Translations under genes and position numbers: made by a program
Assembly (NCBI GenBank): GCA_025062415.1
Contig: JANXAH010000037.1
Coordinates: 1 to 54,873, forward strand
Direction of reading: 5' to 3'
DNA length: 54,873 nt
Source of the DNA: Anaerolineae bacterium
GTDB lineage: Bacteria > Chloroflexota > Anaerolineae > B4-G1 > DUEL01
Notes under the pieces: model-generated
Told to the model about the DNA's origin: nothing
The model's database searches: none
Seen by the model: only the letters and a program-made list of their open reading frames with translations
In this document: positions 53,427 to 54,873 of the stretch, piece after piece
How positions within the stretch are numbered: position 1 is the first letter of the stretch
How the letters are laid out: the number at the start of each line of letters is the position of its first letter

Positions 53427-53575
53427 TGGCGCAGGCTGTTAGTCTGTATTCTGCAGGCCAGTGGCCTGAGTTACTGGTCAGTGGCCCGCGCTACCGGCCA
53501 GTCGTTTGCGCGGCGGCGTATAACGCAGGCTGTTAGCCTATTTTTGCAGGCCAGCGGCCTGCGTGACTGACCAGC
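53427..53575. repeat. Two ~55-nt imperfect direct repeats, each containing a CAGGCCAG(T/C)GGCCTG hairpin
   Basis: cgcaggctgttagtctgtattctgcaggccagtggcctgagttactggtcagtggcc (53429-) against cgcaggctgttagcctatttttgcaggccagcggcctgcgtgactgaccagcagcc (53524-), about 80% identity. Confidence 0.8.
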
Positions 53576-53627
53576 AGCCTGTGTTACAAGCAACTGTAGA
53601 GAATCATGCACAGACGGAGAGCAGCCA

Positions 53628-54842
53628 ATGACACGAGGCCAGTATAGCGATTGGAGAATGGAAACGCGGGCAGTTCACGCCGGGCGCCTCATTCCAGGGG
53701 ACGACCGCGACCGACGGCCCTTCATCCCGACCGTTCCGCCCATCCATCCCTCCGTCACGTACTACTACGGGCGGATGGAGGACCTGGACGCTGCGTTTGA
53801 TGCCGAGGGCTACGTCTACGCCCGCCACGGGAGCCCCACCGTCGCCGCGCTGGAAGAGGCCGTCGCCGCGCTGGAAGAGGGGGAGACCGCAATGGCCTTC
53901 GCCTCTGGAATGGCCGCCGTCCACGCGGCGCTCCTGGCCGCAGGCGCGCGGGCCGGAACAGCGGTTGTCGCGGCCAGGGACCTCTACGGCGCGACGTATC
54001 TTCTTCTGGACCGTCTGCTGCGGTCCCAAGGGGTGAACGTCCGTTTCGTGGACGTGACCGACCTGGCAGAGGTGGAGGCGGCGTGTGCGGAGGTTTGCCC
54101 CGTTGTCCTGCTGGTGGAGACAGTCTCCAATCCCCTGCTGAAAGTCGCTGACCTCCCTGCGCTGGCGGAAATTGCTCACCGATACGGCGCCGCGTTCCTG
54201 GTGGACAATACCTTCGCCACCCCCTACCTGGTCCGCCCCCTCTCCCTGGGGGCCGATTTCGTCATTCACAGTGGGACCAAGTACCTGGGCGGCCATGGGG
54301 ACGTCCTGGCAGGGGTGGTGGTCACGTCGGCGGCGCGGCGGGAAGCACTGATGGAGGTTCTGAAGACGATGGGGGCCAATCTGGGGCCGATGGAGGCGTG
54401 GCTTCTGCTGCGGGGCCTGCGGACACTGGTTCTTCGGGTGGAGCGGCAGTTTGCCAGCGCACAGGCGGTAGCCCGCTGGCTGGAGGCGCACCCACGCATT
54501 GCGCGGGTCCTTTACCCCGGGCTTCCCTCCCACCCCCAGCACGACCTGGCCCTGCGGCTCTTCGGAGGCCGGGGGTTTGGTGGCATCGTGACCTTTGAGT
54601 TGAAGGACGCAGGGCGAGAGGAGGTTTTCCGGTTTATGGACCGGCTGCGCCTCTGCGTGCCCGCGACCTCCCTGGGCGATGTTCAGACGTTGGTCCTCTA
54701 TCCGGCTCGCTCCTCCCATCGCAGCCTGACGCCGGAAGAGCGGGCCTCGCTGGGCATCACCGAGGGGATGGTGCGGATTTCGGTGGGGATTGAGGCGGTA
54801 GAGGACATCCTGGCGGACCTGGAGGAAGCGCTGAAGGGGTAA
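53628..54842 (+). CDS. PLP-dependent Cys/Met-metabolism enzyme (cystathionine gamma-synthase / gamma-lyase / methionine gamma-lyase family)
   Basis: RAVHAG..., YARHGSPTV, and the PLP lysine in HSGTKYLGGHGDVLAG. C-terminal RISVGIE. Confidence 0.9.
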   Translation: MTRGQYSDWRMETRAVHAGRLIPGDDRDRRPFIPTVPPIHPSVTYYYGRMEDLDAAFDAEGYVYARHGSPTVAALEEAVAALEEGETAMAFASGMAAVHAALLAAGARAGTAVVAARDLYGATYLLLDRLLRSQGVNVRFVDVTDLAEVEAACAEVCPVVLLVETVSNPLLKVADLPALAEIAHRYGAAFLVDNTFATPYLVRPLSLGADFVIHSGTKYLGGHGDVLAGVVVTSAARREALMEVLKTMGANLGPMEAWLLLRGLRTLVLRVERQFASAQAVARWLEAHPRIARVLYPGLPSHPQHDLALRLFGGRGFGGIVTFELKDAGREEVFRFMDRLRLCVPATSLGDVQTLVLYPARSSHRSLTPEERASLGITEGMVRISVGIEAVEDILADLEEALKG

Positions 54843-54847
54843 AGGTT

Positions 54848-54873
54848 GGGGGCGGGGGGGCGGCAGGGCCGCC
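54848..54873. repeat. G-rich left arm of another GC-core hairpin or G/C tract, truncated by the window end
   Basis: gggggcgggggggcggcagggccgcc resembles the junction motifs at 161-186 and 7445-7475. Confidence 0.5.

Noticed and set aside
53396-53627. SAM riboswitch or T-box upstream of the Cys/Met PLP enzyme gene
   Set aside because: I looked for SAM-I/II/IV cores and a T-box specifier/T-box sequence and found none. Only the paired direct repeats are reported.

Overview
High-GC (~63-65%) bacterial chromosomal window, densely coding, with no rRNA, tRNA, CRISPR or recognisable mobile element. Gene content and synteny (recA-recX-rny, rpsU-yqeY, spoVS, an FMN-riboswitch-controlled RibXY-type transporter, giant multi-GAF kinases) suggest a Chloroflexota-like Terrabacteria lineage; this is inference only. 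Housekeeping genes: smpB, pcrA/uvrD, holB, nnr, rpsU, rny, recX, recA, mreB, mreC. Accessory or regulatory content: two NarL-type response regulators and one HisKA_3 kinase, a REC-ParA-like protein, DegV, a Fur-family regulator with a Co/Ni ECF transporter (CbiM/NikM-PDGLE plus CbiQ, no ATPase), an NrtR-like Nudix regulator, and a LacI regulator with a CebR/CelR-type palindrome. The most interesting locus is a 13.1-kb array of ten same-strand genes (15969-29056) between a consensus-like promoter and a perfect-palindrome terminator. It combines a PATAN/DUF4388 protein, a CvnD-like small GTPase, an a/b-hydrolase, a V4R protein, a left-handed beta-helix protein, a homolog of cyanobacterial acyl-ACP reductase (no ADO partner), a REC-GGDEF-like protein (GGDDF), a 1893-aa 7xGAF-PAS-HK-REC-REC kinase, a single REC, and a second a/b-hydrolase paralog with Gly at the nucleophile position. 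Non-genic oddities: a fold-back duplication of the smpB 5' end around G33/C21 homopolymers at the window start, further G/C homopolymer tracts at 7343-7488 and at the window end (artefact must be excluded), a family of long GC-core palindromic hairpins, about 30 tandem copies of an 8-nt unit (51593-51848), and paired ~55-nt direct repeats upstream of a PLP enzyme gene. All homology calls rest on motifs read by eye; no database search was run.
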